Positions 61,147-64,000 of a stretch of 64,000 nt of DNA are shown here, in pieces; position 1 is the first letter of the stretch; the number at the start of each line of letters is the position of its first letter. This stretch comes from Candidatus Heimdallarchaeota archaeon. Its GTDB lineage: Archaea > Asgardarchaeota > Heimdallarchaeia > Heimdallarchaeales > Heimdallarchaeaceae. Location of the stretch: positions 1 to 64,000 of the forward strand of contig JAHLWR010000020.1 in assembly GCA_019057815.1 (NCBI GenBank), in the 5' to 3' direction. The notes beneath the pieces are model-generated. The model saw only the letters and a program-made list of their open reading frames with translations, made no database searches and was not told the origin of the DNA. Position numbers and translations under genes: made by a program.

Positions 61147-62087
61147 GAATCAAAAGGATTAGGTGTGATATGCCCGAAGGAAATGATTTTTTAAGGCTAA
61201 CAAAAAAAGGCATTCCTATTGTTATGATTGGTTTACCTTATGCAGGAAAAACTACCTTTGTAAGATGGTTGAAAAAAAAAGAATTTACAAGACCAAAAAC
61301 TACTATTGGTTTAGAGTTCGAGCAAGTTAAACTTGGTGATGGAATTTTCAATATCTTTGACCTTTCAGGACATGAAAAGTTTAGAGAAACTTTGTGGCAA
61401 TCGTATGTTCAAACATCTGCTGGTATTATTTTTGTTTTAGATTCTTCAGATAAAAAAAAGCTGAGTGAAGCTTCTAAGTGGTTTTGGTTGATGATTAAAG
61501 ATTGGCTTTCAGATATTTTCACTAATAAAACAATTTTATTTCTAGCTAACAAATCGGATCTTAAAAACTCACTTAATTTAGATTTTATCATAGACGAATT
61601 TCAACTTAATCAAATGTCACTGTATCCACAAGTATCGTTTCAATTTTTTAAAACTTCAATTAGAACCGGATTAAACCTCGATTACGCTATGAAATGGTTT
61701 GTTTCAAGATTAAGAAAGAATACAAAAGATAAGACTATTCAACTTAAAGCACTAGTTTTAGCCGATACATTAGGAAAAGTAATTTATGAATACGATCCAG
61801 ATAGAATAACTCAAGATAAAGATATGTTAATCAGTTATTTTAAAGCCTTGAGTGAATTTGCAAATGAAATTTTAGGTTACGAGATGATAAAAGTTATCAA
61901 AATAGATAATAATTATTATTTATTGAGCGAAAAGAATAACATTTTTCTCACAGTTGCTGTATCTAAGAGCAATGAACTCCCAGAAGCAAGGAGATTTTCG
62001 CTCCTAATTCACGAATTTATCTCATCAAATTCCTTTAACTTAGAGACAAATAAACTTACTCGATTTATTGAAAAATTGCTTTCTTAA
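61143..62087 (+). CDS. Arf-like small GTPase fused to a C-terminal longin-like domain
   Basis: GLPYAGKTT, TTIG, FDLSGH, W..Y, IFVLDSSD, ANKSD, TS motifs; C-terminal beta-beta-alpha-beta3-alpha pattern. Confidence 0.82.
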   Translation: MRIKRIRCDMPEGNDFLRLTKKGIPIVMIGLPYAGKTTFVRWLKKKEFTRPKTTIGLEFEQVKLGDGIFNIFDLSGHEKFRETLWQSYVQTSAGIIFVLDSSDKKKLSEASKWFWLMIKDWLSDIFTNKTILFLANKSDLKNSLNLDFIIDEFQLNQMSLYPQVSFQFFKTSIRTGLNLDYAMKWFVSRLRKNTKDKTIQLKALVLADTLGKVIYEYDPDRITQDKDMLISYFKALSEFANEILGYEMIKVIKIDNNYYLLSEKNNIFLTVAVSKSNELPEARRFSLLIHEFISSNSFNLETNKLTRFIEKLLS

Positions 62088-62193
62088 AGATGATATTCCA
62101 ACTAGAAGGGTGTTATTTCAATATCTTCAAGCATCCACAAAAAAGTATATAAAGACATGAAATTAATTTCTGTTGTAATTATGGTGATATAAA

Positions 62194-62790
62194 ATGGATT
62201 GTAGATTCTGCAAATTAGAAGAAATTGAACATGATGAAAGTCTTGGCTATAAGTGTCCTTATTGTGGGTATTCATTCACGGTTTCTAAGATGGCAGTTTT
62301 TTATGATAATATGATGAAGATGCCTCTTTCTTCATGGTTACTTGCAACAATTCTTTGGTTTTCAGCCATGCTTACCGGCGTATTATTTGGATTAGGTTTT
62401 ACTAGTTCTTCTTTGCAAACTACAATACTTTTTCTATTCCTCTATGGAGGTTCAGCGTTTTTATATGGTGGATCAGTTTCAATCGATTACTTTGAAACTG
62501 TAGGGAAATACTTGTTAAATCTAATAAGAGGGAAAAGAGTGAGTTTTAAAGAAGTTAAAAAAGAAGTTCAAATCGGTCGAAAAGAAAAAATTGTCAAGGA
62601 AATGTCTCAAGGACTAGCTAGTGAGATTGATGTGAAAAAACAATCGAAAAAACATATAGATACAGATATTCGTCCTGGAGAAAAGAAAACTCCAAAAATA
62701 GCAAACTCATTTTTAGCAGGATTATGGACAATTCTTCTTGCTATGTTTTTTGTAATCGTCTTTTCAAATGTTTTCCCAACAATCAGATGA
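62194..62790 (+). CDS. Zinc-ribbon membrane protein
   Basis: CRFC...CPYC and three TM helices. Confidence 0.6.
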   Translation: MDCRFCKLEEIEHDESLGYKCPYCGYSFTVSKMAVFYDNMMKMPLSSWLLATILWFSAMLTGVLFGLGFTSSSLQTTILFLFLYGGSAFLYGGSVSIDYFETVGKYLLNLIRGKRVSFKEVKKEVQIGRKEKIVKEMSQGLASEIDVKKQSKKHIDTDIRPGEKKTPKIANSFLAGLWTILLAMFFVIVFSNVFPTIR

Positions 62791-62801
62791 TTGTTACAAT
62801 T

Positions 62802-63674
62802 TCAATTTCTTTTTCTTTTCATTAAATTGATAAGGTAAGATATGTTTTCTTCATCGTTTCTTGTATCATTAATTGGAGTTTCTAAAATCCAAATCTTATT
62901 CTGGAACTCATCATTATTAATGAGTGTTTGAAAGCCTAATCTCCCAATTTCGCCTAAACCAATGTGTTCGTGTCTATCTAGATGAGAATTAAGTTTTCCT
63001 ATAGAGTCATTTGCATGAATTACTGGGATATTCCCTATTCCCACTGTTGAATCTAACATATTCAGCACATTATCTGTACTTCTCTTTGTTCTTAAATCAT
63101 ATCCGGCTGCAAAGCCATGTGCTGTATCAAAACATGTTTGAACATTCTTAAAATCATTTACCTCAGCCAAAATATATTCTAGATTTTTAAAACTCCCTCC
63201 AAAAGAATTTCTCCCTCCTGCTGAATTCTCTATCAGGATTTTAGTTTTTCCCCTAGTTATTTCCAGACCTTTCATTATTGAATTAATAAAAACCTCCATA
63301 CCCTCTTCAAGAGTTCCACCTTTATAAGATCCACAATGAACTATAAAATAAGGTATATCTAATGCTATACATTTTTTCAACTCTATTTTAAAGGATTTTA
63401 AGGATTTTTGGTAAATCTCAGGATTCAATGACGTTAAATTAGGTAAATACGAGATATGTGCAATAACTGGAATGTTTTCATATTTTTTTTGATTATTCTG
63501 GAACTTAGATACTTCTTCCTTTGTAAATTCTTTGACATTCCAGCTTCTCGGATTTTTGGTGAATATTTGAAAAGCGGTGAATCCATGTTTTTGCGCTCTT
63601 TCAAATGATTTTACGATAGATTCCGCAATTGAAACATGACAACCAATTTTAAGAGTTGTATGCATTTCTCTCAT
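62802..63674 (-). CDS. nfo: Endonuclease IV
   Basis: GCHVS, FQIF, H.SY..NL, IEN.AG, DTAH, HANDS, DRHE and LETP motifs. Confidence 0.94.
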   Translation of the reverse strand: MREMHTTLKIGCHVSIAESIVKSFERAQKHGFTAFQIFTKNPRSWNVKEFTKEEVSKFQNNQKKYENIPVIAHISYLPNLTSLNPEIYQKSLKSFKIELKKCIALDIPYFIVHCGSYKGGTLEEGMEVFINSIMKGLEITRGKTKILIENSAGGRNSFGGSFKNLEYILAEVNDFKNVQTCFDTAHGFAAGYDLRTKRSTDNVLNMLDSTVGIGNIPVIHANDSIGKLNSHLDRHEHIGLGEIGRLGFQTLINNDEFQNKIWILETPINDTRNDEENISYLINLMKRKRN

Positions 63675-63761
63675 ACATCCAAGCTAATTTTTCTTATTAC
63701 ATTCTGCATGTTATTAAACTTAATTAGTTTTGTCAGAGATTTACATAACTGAAAAGTTAGC

Positions 63762-64000
63762 TTAAAACCTATATTGCTTGGATAATTCGTAATATTTCAA
63801 AGACAATTCTTTCTGTTTCTGTCTCTTAGCGTCTTCTTTTTCGTGCAATGATTGTGAAAAAAACACTTTCGCTCTGACGAAGGCTCTATATGCTTTATAA
63901 AACTGGATGATTGGATCAATGTAATTGATACTTTCATTAACAGTTGCTAAATACTGCTTGATGAACAAATCTGACAAAGATGATAATCCATAATAATCTA
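63762..64000 (-). CDS. C-terminus of an aminoglycoside phosphotransferase-like (COG2187-type) protein, partial
   Basis: FYKAYRAFVRAKV motif; ORF continues past the window edge. Confidence 0.6.
   Translation of the reverse strand, partial: DYYGLSSLSDLFIKQYLATVNESINYIDPIIQFYKAYRAFVRAKVFFSQSLHEKEDAKRQKQKELSLKYYELSKQYRF

Noticed and set aside
623-61591. Many short antisense or overlapping ORFs in the track (e.g. 12929-13360, 41866-42393, 53146-53367)
   Set aside because: Shadows of well-supported genes or of low-complexity repeats, with no motifs of their own

Overview
AT-rich archaeal chromosomal window, very probably from an Asgard archaeon (Heimdallarchaeia-like). The basis for this is an Asgard-type profilin, an Arf-like GTPase fused to a longin-like domain, an IFT52/GIFT-like protein, an archaeal ATP-dependent DNA ligase, a class III signal pilin and many HEAT/TPR proteins. 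Most genes are housekeeping (acyl-CoA ligase, ketopantoate reductase, TldD/PmbA, malic enzyme, HypA/B, TrxR, ABC transporter, M24 peptidase, endonuclease IV). Mobile DNA: a complete tnpA-tnpB IS200/IS605 element (9949-11738) inside a macrodomain gene, and an IscB/omegaRNA element (30519-32037) inserted at a host stop codon. Two observations stand out. First, two transposase-free segments (161-2491 and 11837-15515) are bounded by the same GGTCAACAGAT inverted repeat; each carries a secreted beta-helix (NosD/CASH-like) gene and abuts a truncated gene. Second, an unannotated ~250-nt highly structured RNA candidate with a 7-bp kissing loop lies at ~42374-42627 (minus strand). All assignments come from motif reading by eye; no database searches were run.
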